Shown here piece by piece: positions 1-11,099 of a DNA stretch of 64,000 nt. The notes beneath the pieces are model-generated. The model did no database searches and was not told the DNA's origin. It was given only the letters and a program-made list of their open reading frames with translations. How positions within the stretch are numbered: position 1 is the stretch's first letter; each line of letters opens with the position of its first letter. This DNA is from an uncultured Gemmatimonadaceae bacterium (GTDB taxonomy: Bacteria; Gemmatimonadota; Gemmatimonadetes; Gemmatimonadales; Gemmatimonadaceae), in the NCBI GenBank assembly GCA_963751275.1, contig CAVVTZ010000005.1, positions 43,956 to 107,955 on the forward strand. The letters are read 5' to 3'. The position numbers and the translations under genes were made by a program.

Positions 1-40
1 AGTGAATGGGGCGCGGATCGGAAGAATCGAGGAGTGACAT
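1..40 (-). CDS. murC: 5' end of probable UDP-N-acetylmuramate--L-alanine ligase (runs off window)
   Basis: ATG at 40 reads MSLLDSSDPRPIH; lies directly downstream of murG in dcw order. Confidence 0.6.
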   Translation of the reverse strand, partial: MSLLDSSDPRPIH

Positions 41-77
41 TCGGCGCTGCGAATATACGGCGCGCGCGCGGCTTACC

Positions 78-1187
78 TCAAGTGCGACGTTGCTTGAGGC
101 GAGCGAGGGTAACTATCCGCCGCGCAATGTCCTCGGCCGCGTCGGGTCGCGCGCGGCGGCGCGCGGCGGCGGCGAGCGCACCGAGGCGCGAGGGGTCGGC
201 CGAGAGCACGCCGACCTTGTTCGCGAGTCGGTCGAGCGTGAGTTCATCCTGCGTGAGCACGACGCACGCGCCGGCGGCTTCGAGCGCGCGCGCGTTCGCG
301 GTCTGGTGATCCGCCGCGGCGGTGGGCAGCGGGATAAGCACCGACGGGATCCCCCACGCACAGAGTTCCGCGAGCGTGAGCGCGCCGGCGCGCGTGAGCG
401 CGAGATCGGCCGCGGCGTACGCGTCGGCGATCGGAGCGAGATACGGACGCACCACGACGCTCGAGGAGGCGAGTTTCGCGTAGCGGTCATAGTCCGCCTT
501 GCCCGTCGTCCAGATCACGCGGAGCGAGGCCGGGAGTCCGCGATCGATCCAACCAGCCATCGCGTCGTTGATCGCGCGCGCACCCTGGCTGCCGCCCACC
601 ACGAGCAGCACCGGCGGTCCGCTCTCGGGAAATCCCCACGCGCGGCGCGCGGCGGCGCGATCGGGGCGCGGCACCGGCGGCGGCTCGATGGGATTGCCGG
701 TGTCCACGATCACGGAGGGATCGCTCACCTTGAGCGCGGCGGCGGCCTCGGGCACGCCGAGGAAGATCGCGCTCGCGCTGCGCGCGAAATACTTGGTGGT
801 CATTCCCGGGGCGCTGTTCTGCTCCTGCAGCGCGATCGGGATGCGCCGCGAGCCGGCGAGGAAGAGCGCGGCGCCCGACGCGTAGCCGCCCGTGCCGACC
901 ACGACGTCCGGCGGATCCCGGAAGAACTCGCGGCTCAGCACGTTGCTCGAGGTGACGAGCCCGACGAGCGTCTTCCAATTCTCGAGGGGCTGCCGCCGGT
1001 AGAACGGGTGCAGGTCGAGCAGGAGGTACTCGTAGCCACTCGTGGGCAGGACATCCTTCTCGATGCCGCGCTGCGCGCCGATGAACAGCACGCGTGCACC
1101 GGGCTCGATGCGCACGAGCGCCTTCGCGATCGCGAGGCCGGGATACAAATGCCCGCCGGTGCCGCCGCCGGCGAAGACGATGCGCAT
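78..1187 (-). CDS. murG: Undecaprenyl-PP-MurNAc-pentapeptide GlcNAc transferase
   Basis: MRIVFAGGGTGGH, GTGGYAS, EQN, GGSQGA, RAGA, DHQTANA motifs; start overlaps ftsW stop. Confidence 0.97.
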   Translation of the reverse strand: MRIVFAGGGTGGHLYPGLAIAKALVRIEPGARVLFIGAQRGIEKDVLPTSGYEYLLLDLHPFYRRQPLENWKTLVGLVTSSNVLSREFFRDPPDVVVGTGGYASGAALFLAGSRRIPIALQEQNSAPGMTTKYFARSASAIFLGVPEAAAALKVSDPSVIVDTGNPIEPPPVPRPDRAAARRAWGFPESGPPVLLVVGGSQGARAINDAMAGWIDRGLPASLRVIWTTGKADYDRYAKLASSSVVVRPYLAPIADAYAAADLALTRAGALTLAELCAWGIPSVLIPLPTAAADHQTANARALEAAGACVVLTQDELTLDRLANKVGVLSADPSRLGALAAAARRRARPDAAEDIARRIVTLARLKQRRT

Positions 1188-2365
1188 CAGCGCGCCACCG
1201 CGAGCGGATCGGTGGGCGGCCGCAGCGCGACGCGCTCGCGCGTGCTGCCGATGTTCACGAGGATCCCGGTCATGAGCATGGTGAGCACGAGATTCGTGCG
1301 GCCGTAGCTGACGAACGGGAGCGTCAGCCCGGTGGTCGGCAGCAGCCCGATCACCACGCCCAGATGCAGATACGCCGTGCTCACCGTGCAGAAGGTCATG
1401 CCCAGCGCGAGCAGTTGCTGGAAGGGCGTGCGCGCCTGCTTCGAGATCCGGAAGCCGAGCCACGCGTAGAGCGCGAAGAGCGCCGTGACGCCGAAGAGAC
1501 CGAGGAAGCCCCACTCCTCGCCAATGTTGCTGCCGATGAAGTCGTTGAAGGGGAACGGCAGGAAGCCGGTCTGCTGCTTCCCCTGCCCGAAGCCCACGCC
1601 GAAGAATCCGCCGGAGCCCACGGCGATCAGCGATTGCTTGAGCTGGTAGCTGGCCTCGGTGGGCGCCTTGCCGGGATCGAGGAAGGAGGTCATCCGCAGC
1701 AGCGCGTATTGCGCGCGCTCCACGAGCTTCCAGATGAGCGGCAGTGTGAGCGCGCCGAGCAGCAGCGCGTGGCCCAATCGCACGCCGCCGGCGAAGAGCA
1801 CCACGCCCATGAGCAGCGCGAAGGTCATCACCATCGAGAGGTCGGGCTCGAGGATGACGAGAGCGCTCATCACGATGAGCACCACGACGAACGGGAGCAG
1901 CCCCGTGGTGAACCGCCGCAGCGCGTCCCCCTTCTTCACGACGAGCATCGCGGTCCACGCGATCACCGTGAACTTCGCGAACTCGGAGGGCTGGAAGGTG
2001 AGGCCGATGCGCAGCCAGCGGCGCGAGCCGTGGATCTTGGGCGCGATGTATGGAATGCCGGGGATCACCGGGATGAGCAGCAACACGATGCTCAGTCCCA
2101 GCAGCGGCCACGCCCACCCGCGCCAGCGCTCGGCATCGGTCTTGGCGGCCAGCGCGAACGCGACGGTTCCGAGCCCCACGCCGCTGAGCTGGAGAAGGAC
2201 ATAGTAGGCGCTGCCATGCTTCTCGCTCACGGCCAGGAACTGGCTGGCGCTGTAGAGCACGGCCAGCCCGAAGGCGAGCAGCACCGCGCTCACGATCACC
2301 AGCGCGCGCGCCTCGACGCCCATGCGCCAGCGCTCGCGCGCCACGGGCGCCACGGGTGCGCTCAC
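1187..2365 (-). CDS. ftsW: SEDS peptidoglycan polymerase FtsW
   Basis: GSRRW, FQPSEFAK, EPDLS, EEWGF, PTTGLTLPFVSYG; multi-TM; dcw position. Confidence 0.95.
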   Translation of the reverse strand: MSAPVAPVARERWRMGVEARALVIVSAVLLAFGLAVLYSASQFLAVSEKHGSAYYVLLQLSGVGLGTVAFALAAKTDAERWRGWAWPLLGLSIVLLLIPVIPGIPYIAPKIHGSRRWLRIGLTFQPSEFAKFTVIAWTAMLVVKKGDALRRFTTGLLPFVVVLIVMSALVILEPDLSMVMTFALLMGVVLFAGGVRLGHALLLGALTLPLIWKLVERAQYALLRMTSFLDPGKAPTEASYQLKQSLIAVGSGGFFGVGFGQGKQQTGFLPFPFNDFIGSNIGEEWGFLGLFGVTALFALYAWLGFRISKQARTPFQQLLALGMTFCTVSTAYLHLGVVIGLLPTTGLTLPFVSYGRTNLVLTMLMTGILVNIGSTRERVALRPPTDPLAVAR

Positions 2366-3736
2366 GCCGGTCTCGCCGCGAGGCGGCGGAACGCGTCGCC
2401 GCGCTGCAGATAGTTCTCGAACATGTCGTAGCTCGAGCAGGCCGGGCTGAGCAGCACCGCATCGCCCGGCGCCGCGAGCGCGCGCGCCCTCGCCATCACC
2501 GCCTCGAAATCGTTCGACATCAACTCCACGCGCACCGCGGCCTCGAGATCACGCACGATCTCCGGGCCCGCCTCGCCGTACGCGATCACGGCCTTCGCGT
2601 GACGCTGCAGCGGCTCGATGAGCGCGGTGTACGGTTCGCCCTTGTGCCGCCCGCCGAGCAGGACGATCGCGGGCCGCGTCATCCCCTCGATCGCGACCAG
2701 CGTCGAACTCACGTTCGTCGCCTTGGAGTCGTTGATCCACAGCACGCCGCCGAACTCGCCCACGGTCTCGAGCCGGTGCGGCAGCGCGCGGAAGGAGCGC
2801 AGCCCCTCCGCGATCCGCCGGCGCGCGTCGGGCGAACGGTGCGCGTCGCTCAGGTCCATCACGCTCAGCGCCGCCGCGAGCGCGTTCGCCACGTTGTGAT
2901 CGCCGAGGAGCGGCAGGTCGCGGCGCGCGAGCAGCGGCACGTCGCCCAGCACGAACAACTCGCCCGCGGCGCGGTCGTACCAGGCATCCTCCACGCTGTG
3001 CACCGAGAAGCAATGCACGTCACCGGACGGCCGCGCGCGGAACATCGATTCCTTGTCGTCGGCGTTCAGGACGGTCTTGGAGGCGGCGTCGGAATTCCGG
3101 AAGAGCAGCAGCTTGTCGGCGTAGTAGTCCTCCACCGAGGCGTACCGGTCGAGATGGTCGGGCGTGAGGTTCGTCAGCACGCCCACCGCCGGGCTTGATC
3201 GATGGCGTGTCGTGCAGCTGGAAGCTCGACATCTCGAGCACCATCACCGACGGCGACTTCGGAGCCAGCGCGAGCGCGCACACGGCCGTGCCGATGTTCC
3301 CCGCCTCGACGGCGCCGGCTACGCCCACCGCGCGCAGCAGATGCGCGATGAGCGCGGTGGTGGTGGTCTTGCCGTTGGTGCCCGTGACCGCGACGTACGG
3401 GACGCCGGGCAGATAGCGCAGCCCGATCTCCACTTCGCTGACGATCTCCACCCGGGCCTCTTGCGCGCGCGCGAGCGGCGGCGCATCCGGCGGGACGCCG
3501 GGCGATGCGACCACGACCGCCGCGCGCGCGATCCGGTCGAGATCGTGCCCGCCCGTGTCGACGGATACGCCGGCCGCGCGCAGCCGCGCCGCCGTGGCCT
3601 CGAGCGCCGCGCCCGTGCCGGCGTCCGACGCGTACACCCTGATCCCGTCGCGCGCCAGCAGCTCGGCGGCCGCCGCGCCGCTCTTCCCCAGCCCGATCAC
3701 CGCCGTCTCCCCGGCGCGCCAGGCCGCGGGGATCAT
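2362..3736 (-). CDS. murD: UDP-MurNAc-L-Ala--D-Glu ligase (frameshift ~3190)
   Basis: GLGKSG, TGTNGKTTT, EMSSFQL in one frame; NLTPDHLDRY, NDSKATN, LSPACSSYD in another. Confidence 0.93.
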
Positions 3737-4873
3737 CGCAGCTTCAGCGTGCTGAGCGCGATGAGCGCGCAGAGGATGCCGAGGATCCAGAACCGCACCA
3801 CCACCTGCGACTCGCTCCACCCCTTCATCTCGAAGTGGTGATGCACCGGCGCCCGCAGGAAGACGCGATGCGCACGGGCGTACTCCACCCCGTGTGCGCG
3901 CTTCCGCTGTTTGAACACCGCGCGCTGCAGGATCACCGAGACCGTTTCCGCCACGAACACGCCGCCGATCAGCACGAGCAGGAACTCCGACTTGAGGAGG
4001 ATCGCCACGGCGCCGAGCGCGCCGCCGAGCGCGAGCGAGCCGGTGTCGCCCATGAAGATCTGCGCCGGATACGTGTTGTACCAGAGGAATCCGATGAGCC
4101 CGCCGATGATCGCGGCGCAGAACACGCTGAGCTCGCCGGCGCCCGGGAGATAGTAGATCTGCAGGTAGTGGCTCGTGTCCGAGCGGCCGATCACGTACGC
4201 GAACAGCCCGAAGGTCGCGAAGGCGATCGCCGAGAGGCCGGCGGCAAGGCCGTCGAGCCCGTCGGTGAGATTCACCGCGTTGCTCACGCCGGTCAGCACG
4301 AAGGCGACCCACGGCACGTACATCCACGCGAGCAGCGGCACCACGAGCACGTACTTGTAGAACGGCAGCGTGGTCGAGGCGCCGGGCAGATTCGACAGCG
4401 GATCGAGCCAGAGCCACGCGCCCAGCGCGATGCCGATCGCGACCTGCCCGAACAGCTTGTAGCGCTCGATGAGCCCCTGGTTCTTCTTCCCTTCGCGCTG
4501 CTGCCGCAGCTTGAGATAGTCGTCGGTGAACCCGATCGCGCCCATCCACGCCGTGACGGCGATCGCGATCCAGACGTAGCGGTTGCTCGGGCCGCGCCCA
4601 GAGCACGGTGCCGAGCAGCGCGGAGACCAGGATGATCACGCCGCCCATCGTCGGCGTGTTGCCTTTGCTCTGATGCGAGTCGGGCGTTCCTTCGCGCACG
4701 CCCTGGTTCACCTTCATCGCGCGCAGCCGCGCGATGACCGCCGGACCGATCAGGAACGCGATGAGCAGGCCGGTCATCGCCGCACCGGCGCTCCGGAACG
4801 TGATGTAGTTGAAGACGTTGAACACGCCGCAGTAGCGGCACGCGCCGGTGAGCTGCGTCAGGTAGTAGAGCAC
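3733..4873 (-). CDS. mraY: Phospho-MurNAc-pentapeptide transferase (frameshift ~4590)
   Basis: KGNTPTMGG; DDYLK, NAVNLTDGLDGL, FMGDTGS, HHHFE. Confidence 0.95.
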
Positions 4874-6243
4874 TAGCGCACGGACCAGGCGTTGAGTTGC
4901 GGGAGGAGGCGTTCGAGCTGCACGCCGCGCGACGCTTTGAGAAGGATAACCGCATCGCGCTGGAGGCGCGGCTCCAGCGCCGGCCAGAGGTCATCCACGT
5001 CGCGCGCGACCACCACCCGCGGGTCACCGCGCGCGGCGTCCCCGAGCGCCGCGCCGAGCTCGCCGATCCCGGCGATCAGCTCGGCATCGGAGGCGAGCGC
5101 GTAGCGGGCGACCTCGTCGTGCAGGCGTGCCGCGTGCGTGCCGAGCTCGCGCATGCCGCCGAGCACCGCCACGCGCTGGCGGCCGCCGCCGGCTTCCGCG
5201 AGCAGATCGAGCGCCGCGCGCATCGAGGCGGGGCTCGCGTTGTACGCATCGTTGATCAGCGTCGCCTTGCCCAGCGCCTCCCACGACACGCGCATCTTCG
5301 AGAGCGTCGCGCCGGCCATGCCGCGCGCCGCATCCGCCGCGCTCACGCCGCACTCGCGCGCGGCGGCGAGCGCGAGCATCGCGTTGCGCAGGTTGTGCGC
5401 GCCGCGCGCCGGCGGCCGCACGGTGGCGCCCTCGAACTCGATCTCGCCGAGTCCGCCGGCGCCCAGCGACCATCGCGTCGCGCGCACGTCGCCGCCGTCG
5501 AGCCCCGCCTGGATCACGCGGCGCACCCGGCCCTTCGCCGCGGCCGCGACCTCCGGCTGCGAGGCGGGCGTCACCGCGATCGCGGCGCCGTCGAGGATCG
5601 CGCTCTCCTCGCGCATCACGCCATCCAGACTGCCCAGTCCCTCGAGGTGCTCCTCGTCCACGCACGTCACGATCGCGAGGTCGGGCGCGGCGATCGCGCG
5701 CAGCCGCGCGATCTCCCCCGGCACGTTCATGCCCATCTCGATCACCGCCACATCGCACTGGTCGGGCATCGCGAGCAGCGTGAGCGGCACGCCGATGAGA
5801 TTGTTGAGGTTCCCGCTCGTGGCGTGCACCTCGAGCCGCGCACCGAGCGCGGCGGCGAGCAGGTCCTTCGTGGTCGTCTTCCCGGCGGAGCCGCCGACGC
5901 CGATCACGGGCCCGCCCCACGCGCGCCGGCGGAAATGCGCCAGCGCACCGAGCGCGGCGAGCGTGTCGCGCACCGCGAACACGGGCACGCCGAGGTGGCG
6001 CGTGAGCACGGGCCGGTCCACGACCACCGCCGCCGCCCCGGATGCGACCGCGCTCGCGAGGAAGTCGTGCGCGTCGAAGCGCTCGCCGCGCAGCGCCACG
6101 AAACAGTCGCCCGGCTGCAGCGCACGCGTGTCGGTGGTGATCGCGCGGACCGGCGCATGCCCCGCGGGCCGCGCTCCCGTGAGCTCCCGCGCCAGCGCCG
6201 CACCCACCCGGTCGAGCGTCCAGAACCCGACCGGAACGGTCAC
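4873..6243 (-). CDS. murF: UDP-MurNAc-tripeptide--D-Ala-D-Ala ligase
   Basis: GSAGKTTTK, NNLIGVP, EMGMN, DAYNASP, KASRG. Confidence 0.95.
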   Translation of the reverse strand: MTVPVGFWTLDRVGAALARELTGARPAGHAPVRAITTDTRALQPGDCFVALRGERFDAHDFLASAVASGAAAVVVDRPVLTRHLGVPVFAVRDTLAALGALAHFRRRAWGGPVIGVGGSAGKTTTKDLLAAALGARLEVHATSGNLNNLIGVPLTLLAMPDQCDVAVIEMGMNVPGEIARLRAIAAPDLAIVTCVDEEHLEGLGSLDGVMREESAILDGAAIAVTPASQPEVAAAAKGRVRRVIQAGLDGGDVRATRWSLGAGGLGEIEFEGATVRPPARGAHNLRNAMLALAAARECGVSAADAARGMAGATLSKMRVSWEALGKATLINDAYNASPASMRAALDLLAEAGGGRQRVAVLGGMRELGTHAARLHDEVARYALASDAELIAGIGELGAALGDAARGDPRVVVARDVDDLWPALEPRLQRDAVILLKASRGVQLERLLPQLNAWSVR

Positions 6244-7709
6244 GCGACGGCTCCGGTCAGCTCCGCGACGATCGCCTTCTCGTCGAAGGGAAGACGCGCG
6301 GCGCCGCGGACCTGGTAGGTCTCGTGTCCCTTCCCCGCGAGCAGGATCACGTCGTCGTTCGCGCGGGCGATCTCGAGCGCGCGCGCGATCGCGAGGCGCC
6401 GGTCCTCGAGGCGCTCGTGATTGTCCTTGCGCATCCCACGCTCGATGTCATCGAGGATCTCGTCGGGATCCTCGGTGCGCGGATTGTCGCTCGTGAGGAT
6501 CGCGAAGTCCGCGCACCGCTCGGCGATCGCGCCCATGAGCGGGCGCTTGCCGCGGTCGCGGTCGCCGCCGCATCCGAAGACGACGATCAGCTTCTTGCGC
6601 GTGAACGGGCGCACCGCCGCCAGCGCACGTTCGAGCGCATCGGGCGTATGCGCGTAGTCGCGCAGCACGGTCGGGCACTCGTGGATCACCTCGAGGCGCC
6701 CCGGCACCTGCGGCACCGTGCGCAGCCGCGCCGCGATCGCGCTGAACGTGAGGCCGAGATGCCACGCCGCACCGGCCGCGGCGAGCGCGTTGCGCACGTT
6801 GAAGTCGCCGATGAGCGGCAGACGCAGCGCGTGACGCTGCGTGCCCGCGCAGAGGCGCCATTCGCTGCCGCGCGGCTGGTAGTGCACCGCCTCGGCGCGC
6901 ACCGTCGCCACGGGATTCAGCCCGAAGGTGATCAGGCACGGCGCCGGCGGCAGATGCTCCCACGCCGGATCGTCGATGTTGATCACCGCCGCGCCGCGCG
7001 GCGTGAGGTACTCGATGAGCCGCGCCTTCGCCGCGAAGTACGCTTCCATCGTCGCGTGATAATCGAGATGGTCGCGCGTGAGATTCGTGAACACCGCGGC
7101 CTCGAACTTGAGCCCATCGATGCGGCGCTGGTCGAGCGAGTGCGACGAGACCTCCATCGCGACCGACCGCACGCCCTGGTCCACGAGGGAGCGCAGCACG
7201 CGCTGCAGCTCCACCGGTCCGGGCGTGGTGAGTCCCGCGCCGCCTTCCACGGGCGTGCCCGCGCTGCCGAGGAGCACGCCCAGCGTGCCGATCGACGCGG
7301 AGCGCGCGCCGGGCGCATCGAGCAGGTGCCGGAGGATCCCGACCGTGGTGGTCTTGCCGTTCGTGCCGGTGACCGCCGCGATGCGCAGCGCGTTCGCCGG
7401 CTCCTCGAACGCCGCGGCCGCCGCGATCGCCGCGGCCCGCCGTCCCTCGCGCACCACGATCGACGGCAACGCGGTGCGTCCCGCCTGCTCCACGATCACG
7501 GCCGACGCGCCGCGGCCGGCCGCGTCCTCGAGGTACTCGTGGCCATCCTGCATCGAGCCGCGTACCGCAATGAACATCGAGCCGGTCGTCACCGCGCGGC
7601 TGTCATCGGTGATGTCCCCCGCGCGTTCCGGGAGCGCGCCCGTGATCTCGACGAGCAGGCCGGCTCGCTTGAGCGCGTCGGCCACGCGCGCCATGGGGAA
7701 CGGCTTCAC
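6240..7709 (-). CDS. murE: UDP-MurNAc-dipeptide--mDAP ligase
   Basis: TGTNGKTT, MEVSSH, DHLDYH, DYAHTPD, DNPR (mDAP-type), GKGHE. Confidence 0.96.
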   Translation of the reverse strand: MKPFPMARVADALKRAGLLVEITGALPERAGDITDDSRAVTTGSMFIAVRGSMQDGHEYLEDAAGRGASAVIVEQAGRTALPSIVVREGRRAAAIAAAAAFEEPANALRIAAVTGTNGKTTTVGILRHLLDAPGARSASIGTLGVLLGSAGTPVEGGAGLTTPGPVELQRVLRSLVDQGVRSVAMEVSSHSLDQRRIDGLKFEAAVFTNLTRDHLDYHATMEAYFAAKARLIEYLTPRGAAVINIDDPAWEHLPPAPCLITFGLNPVATVRAEAVHYQPRGSEWRLCAGTQRHALRLPLIGDFNVRNALAAAGAAWHLGLTFSAIAARLRTVPQVPGRLEVIHECPTVLRDYAHTPDALERALAAVRPFTRKKLIVVFGCGGDRDRGKRPLMGAIAERCADFAILTSDNPRTEDPDEILDDIERGMRKDNHERLEDRRLAIARALEIARANDDVILLAGKGHETYQVRGAARLPFDEKAIVAELTGAVA

Positions 7710-9712
7710 GGCGCGCTCTCCAGCCGCACGAGCGTGCCCGCCTTGAGCGCGACGCCCGCAGCGGGCACCGTCCCCGACGCCGCGACGCCGACGCCTCCGA
7801 CCTGCACCCGGAATCCGGCGCGATGGAGCATCAACACCGCGGCGCGCAGATTCAGGCCCCGGACGGCCGGCACCGCGTGCACGCCGAGCGCCGGGCCGCT
7901 CGCCTGAGCGACGGTGCCGACGTCGAAGCTCACGGAGGGATCGCTCCGCGTTCCGGGCGCCTCGCTCGGCGCCGCGGGCGGCGCGTCGGTGTCATTCGCG
8001 GTGGCGAGGGCCGAGGCACCCGGAACGAGGCGCGCATCGACCGGGGCGAGCGATTCCGCCGCCAAGGCATTCCGGTCCAGCGACGCATCGCGCGAGGCGA
8101 GCGCCGCTTCGATCACCAGCTTCGACACGGGCGCCGCCGCCCGGCCGCCGAAATACTGCCGCGGCGGATCGTCGAGCTTCACCAGCATCACGTACTGCGG
8201 ATGCTCGGCGGGGAAGAGCGCGACGAACGACGCCGTGTAGTGTCCCGCGGTGTAGCCGTTGTGCGTGCCCGGCGCCGCGCGGCGCGACGTGCCGCTCTTG
8301 CCCGCGATCTGGAAGCCGCGGATCGCCGCGCTCATGCCGGTGCCGAGGTCCACCACGTCCACCATCATGCTCCGCACCTGGGCCGCGGACGCGGCGTCGA
8401 TCACGCGGCGCACGACGCGCCGCTGGTGGCGGTAGAGCACCGTGCCGTCGGGCGCGCGGATCTCCTTCACCAAGGCCGGCTCGAGGAGCTCGCCGCCGTT
8501 CGCGATCGGCACGTAGGCCGCCGCGAGTTGCAGCGGCGTGACCGCCACCTCGTAGCCCATCGCGAGCGACTGCGGCGATTGACGGGACCATGCCGCCGGT
8601 GCGCGCAGTGTGCCCGGCGCCTCCGAGGGGAACGGCACCCCGGTCACGGTGCCGAAGCCGAAATCGCGCAGCGCGCCGTATTCCTCGTGCACGGAGAAGC
8701 GCGACGCGAACTTCCCGATGCCGATGTTGCTGGACCACTTGATCACCTCGCGCAGGCTCAACGACGCCGCGGGATGCTCGTCGGTGATCGTGCGGCCGGC
8801 GACGGTCCACTTGCCGCCCTCGGTATTCACGCGGTCGTCGGGCTGAGCGCGTCCGGCGGTGAGCAGCGACGCCGCGATGAGCGGCTTGAGCGTCGAGCCC
8901 GGCTCGAAGGGCTCGGTGAGGGCGGGGCTGCCGGCCGAGCGCGGATCGCGCCGGCGGCTCGCCATCGCGCGGATCTCGCCGTCCTCGGGATCGAGCACCA
9001 CCAGGTCGCCGCCGCTCGCGCCGCTCGCCGACACGGCGGAGTCGAGCGCGCGCTGGGCGATCTCCTGCAGCTCTTCGTTGATCGTGAGCACCACCACATC
9101 GCCCGCGCGCGGCGGCAGCGCGGTATCGCCGGCGAGCACGAAGCGGCCGCCGCGCGTGAGCCGCTCGAGCGTCGCGCGGCCCGGCGTGCCGTGCAGCACC
9201 GTGTCGAGCGCGAGCTCCAGGCCATCCACCGGCGCGCCGGCGCCGTCGACCACGCCCACCACGCGGCGCGTCGCCTCATGCTCCGTGTACACGCGCTCGA
9301 GCGCGGGCTCGGCGTACACCCCGCGCATCGCGATGAACTTCGCGGCGGAAGCCGGCGCGTAGAGACCGGGGAACTGCACCCAGGCGAGCGCGGTGTCGAG
9401 GGCGCGGCGCATCACGTCGCGCGGCACGCCCATCCGGTTCATGGCGATCATCGCGCTGTCGGCGTGCACGATCTCGCGCGGCGCGACGGCGATGCGCACC
9501 GAACTCCGGGTCACGGCGAGGGGGCGGCCGCGCGCATCGAAGATGTCGCCGCGCCGCGCGGGCAGGTCCACCGGCTTCAGATGCTGGGCGTCGGAGCGCG
9601 CCTCCCAGAGTCCCCCCTGCCACAGTTGCACTTGTCCCGCGCGCCCGACGAGCGCGATCGCAAAGAGGACAAGGAGCGCATGCAACAGCGCGAGGCGGCT
9701 GGGGCGAAGCAT
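7706..9712 (-). CDS. ftsI: Class B penicillin-binding protein FtsI/PBP3
   Basis: N-terminal TM, RRGDIFD, EPGSTLK (SxxK), SSN, KSGT; PASTA-like C-terminus. Confidence 0.9.
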   Translation of the reverse strand: MLRPSRLALLHALLVLFAIALVGRAGQVQLWQGGLWEARSDAQHLKPVDLPARRGDIFDARGRPLAVTRSSVRIAVAPREIVHADSAMIAMNRMGVPRDVMRRALDTALAWVQFPGLYAPASAAKFIAMRGVYAEPALERVYTEHEATRRVVGVVDGAGAPVDGLELALDTVLHGTPGRATLERLTRGGRFVLAGDTALPPRAGDVVVLTINEELQEIAQRALDSAVSASGASGGDLVVLDPEDGEIRAMASRRRDPRSAGSPALTEPFEPGSTLKPLIAASLLTAGRAQPDDRVNTEGGKWTVAGRTITDEHPAASLSLREVIKWSSNIGIGKFASRFSVHEEYGALRDFGFGTVTGVPFPSEAPGTLRAPAAWSRQSPQSLAMGYEVAVTPLQLAAAYVPIANGGELLEPALVKEIRAPDGTVLYRHQRRVVRRVIDAASAAQVRSMMVDVVDLGTGMSAAIRGFQIAGKSGTSRRAAPGTHNGYTAGHYTASFVALFPAEHPQYVMLVKLDDPPRQYFGGRAAAPVSKLVIEAALASRDASLDRNALAAESLAPVDARLVPGASALATANDTDAPPAAPSEAPGTRSDPSVSFDVGTVAQASGPALGVHAVPAVRGLNLRAAVLMLHRAGFRVQVGGVGVAASGTVPAAGVALKAGTLVRLESAP

Positions 9713-10087
9713 CTAGGGCGTGCGCGGCGTCCGGCGAAGGATGACGAGCTCGGTGTCGTTCGGAACGTGCATGTGGAGGCGGCTCTCAGCGACCGGCGCC
9801 AGCTTCGCCCTGCTCGAGAGGTCCCGAATGTCGCTCTCGAGCTGCGAACGCTGCGCATCGAGCTGCGTGCGCCGGGCTTCCAGCGCCTGTAGTTCGACCG
9901 CCTGCGCGCGGCCCACTGCCCTCCTCCAAATGACGCCCAACGACAGCAGGAGGAAACCGAGGATGAGCAGCGCGACCCACGTCCGTCCGCGCGGCGCCCG
10001 TCCTCCGGCGCGGCGCCGTTTCCCGGTGCGGGACGGCTCTCCCCGTGGCGGCGTCGCGCCGCCCCCTGCTACTCGGCCTTTCGCCAT
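9713..10087 (-). CDS. ftsL: FtsL-like cell division protein
   Basis: Basic N-terminus, single TM, coiled coil; lies between rsmH and ftsI. Confidence 0.7.
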   Translation of the reverse strand: MAKGRVAGGGATPPRGEPSRTGKRRRAGGRAPRGRTWVALLILGFLLLSLGVIWRRAVGRAQAVELQALEARRTQLDAQRSQLESDIRDLSSRAKLAPVAESRLHMHVPNDTELVILRRTPRTP

Positions 10088-11019
10088 GCGCGGAGCCGCG
10101 CGCTCCGGGCGCGCGGGTTGCCTGCAATCTCGAGTGCGTCCGCCACCGCGGCTTTTCGCGTGAGCGTCGTGCCGAGCGCATGCCCGCGGCAGGTGCACAC
10201 CGGCTGCCGCGGCGGACAGACGCACGCCGCGCTCCACTGGCGGAAGCCGTGCTTCACGAGCCGGTCCTCCCCCGAGTGGTAGCTAATGACCACCAGTGTC
10301 CCTCCCGGCAGCAACTGGTCGCGCAGCATGGGCAGCGCGGTCTCGAGCCCGGCGAGCTCGTCATTCACCGCGATCCGCACGGCCTGGAAGAGGCGTGCGA
10401 AGTCCGGTGGTCCGGTGCGCGGACCGAGCGCACCGCGGATCGCGCCCACGAGATCGTCGCTCGTCGCATACGGGCGCGTGGCGCGGCGGCGGATGATCTC
10501 GCGCGCCAGCCGGCCGGCGCGCGGCTCGTCGGCGTAGTCGCGGAAGGCGTGCGTGAGTTCCGCTTCATCGGCGCGGTCGAGCCACGCGGCGGCGGTCTCG
10601 GCGCTGTCGTCTCCCATGCGCATGTCGAGGGGCGCGCCTTCGCGGAAGGAGAAGCCGCGCGCGCCGTCGTCGAGCTGGTGCGACGAGACGCCGAGGTCCA
10701 GCAGGATCCCGTCGAATCCATCGCCCGCCGCCGCGGCGACGGCGCGCTCGTCGGAGAAGTTCGCGAGCACGGCGTCGAAAGCGCCGCTCCGTTCATAGGC
10801 GGCGAGGCGCTCGCGCGCCACGGCGATCGCGCGCGGATCGCGGTCGAACCCGGTGACGCGCGCGCCGCGCTCGAGCAGGGCGAGCGCGTGCCCGCCCCCG
10901 CCGAGCGTGCCGTCGAGGACGCGGCGCGCTCCGGAGAGGTGCTCCACGACCGTGGCCGCGAGCACCGGGGCGTGGTACCCGCTCGCCCACTCGGATCGTG
11001 CCGCCGGCGCACCGCTCAT
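10069..11019 (-). CDS. rsmH: 16S rRNA m4C1402 methyltransferase
   Basis: DGTLGGGGH, DLGVSSHQLD, PLDMRM, FQAVRIAVN, ISYHSGEDR, NPRARSA. Confidence 0.97.
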   Translation of the reverse strand: MSGAPAARSEWASGYHAPVLAATVVEHLSGARRVLDGTLGGGGHALALLERGARVTGFDRDPRAIAVARERLAAYERSGAFDAVLANFSDERAVAAAAGDGFDGILLDLGVSSHQLDDGARGFSFREGAPLDMRMGDDSAETAAAWLDRADEAELTHAFRDYADEPRAGRLAREIIRRRATRPYATSDDLVGAIRGALGPRTGPPDFARLFQAVRIAVNDELAGLETALPMLRDQLLPGGTLVVISYHSGEDRLVKHGFRQWSAACVCPPRQPVCTCRGHALGTTLTRKAAVADALEIAGNPRARSARLRAWRKAE

Positions 11020-11040
11020 TCAGGACCTCGCTGTGGCGCA

Positions 11041-11076
11041 AACGACGAGCGCCCGCCGGAACCCGGCGGGCGCTCG
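11041..11076 (-). terminator. GC-rich hairpin, probable intrinsic terminator after the TPR gene
   Basis: Perfect 14-bp stem CGAGCGCCCGCCGG/CCGGCGGGCGCTCG, 3-nt loop, followed by TCGTTT on the minus strand. Confidence 0.6.
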
Positions 11077-11099
11077 CGCGTCGGGCCCAGCGGCGTCCG

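Noticed and set aside
3020..4873. MraY-MurD fusion ORF
   Set aside because: Results from frameshifts within two standard overlapping genes
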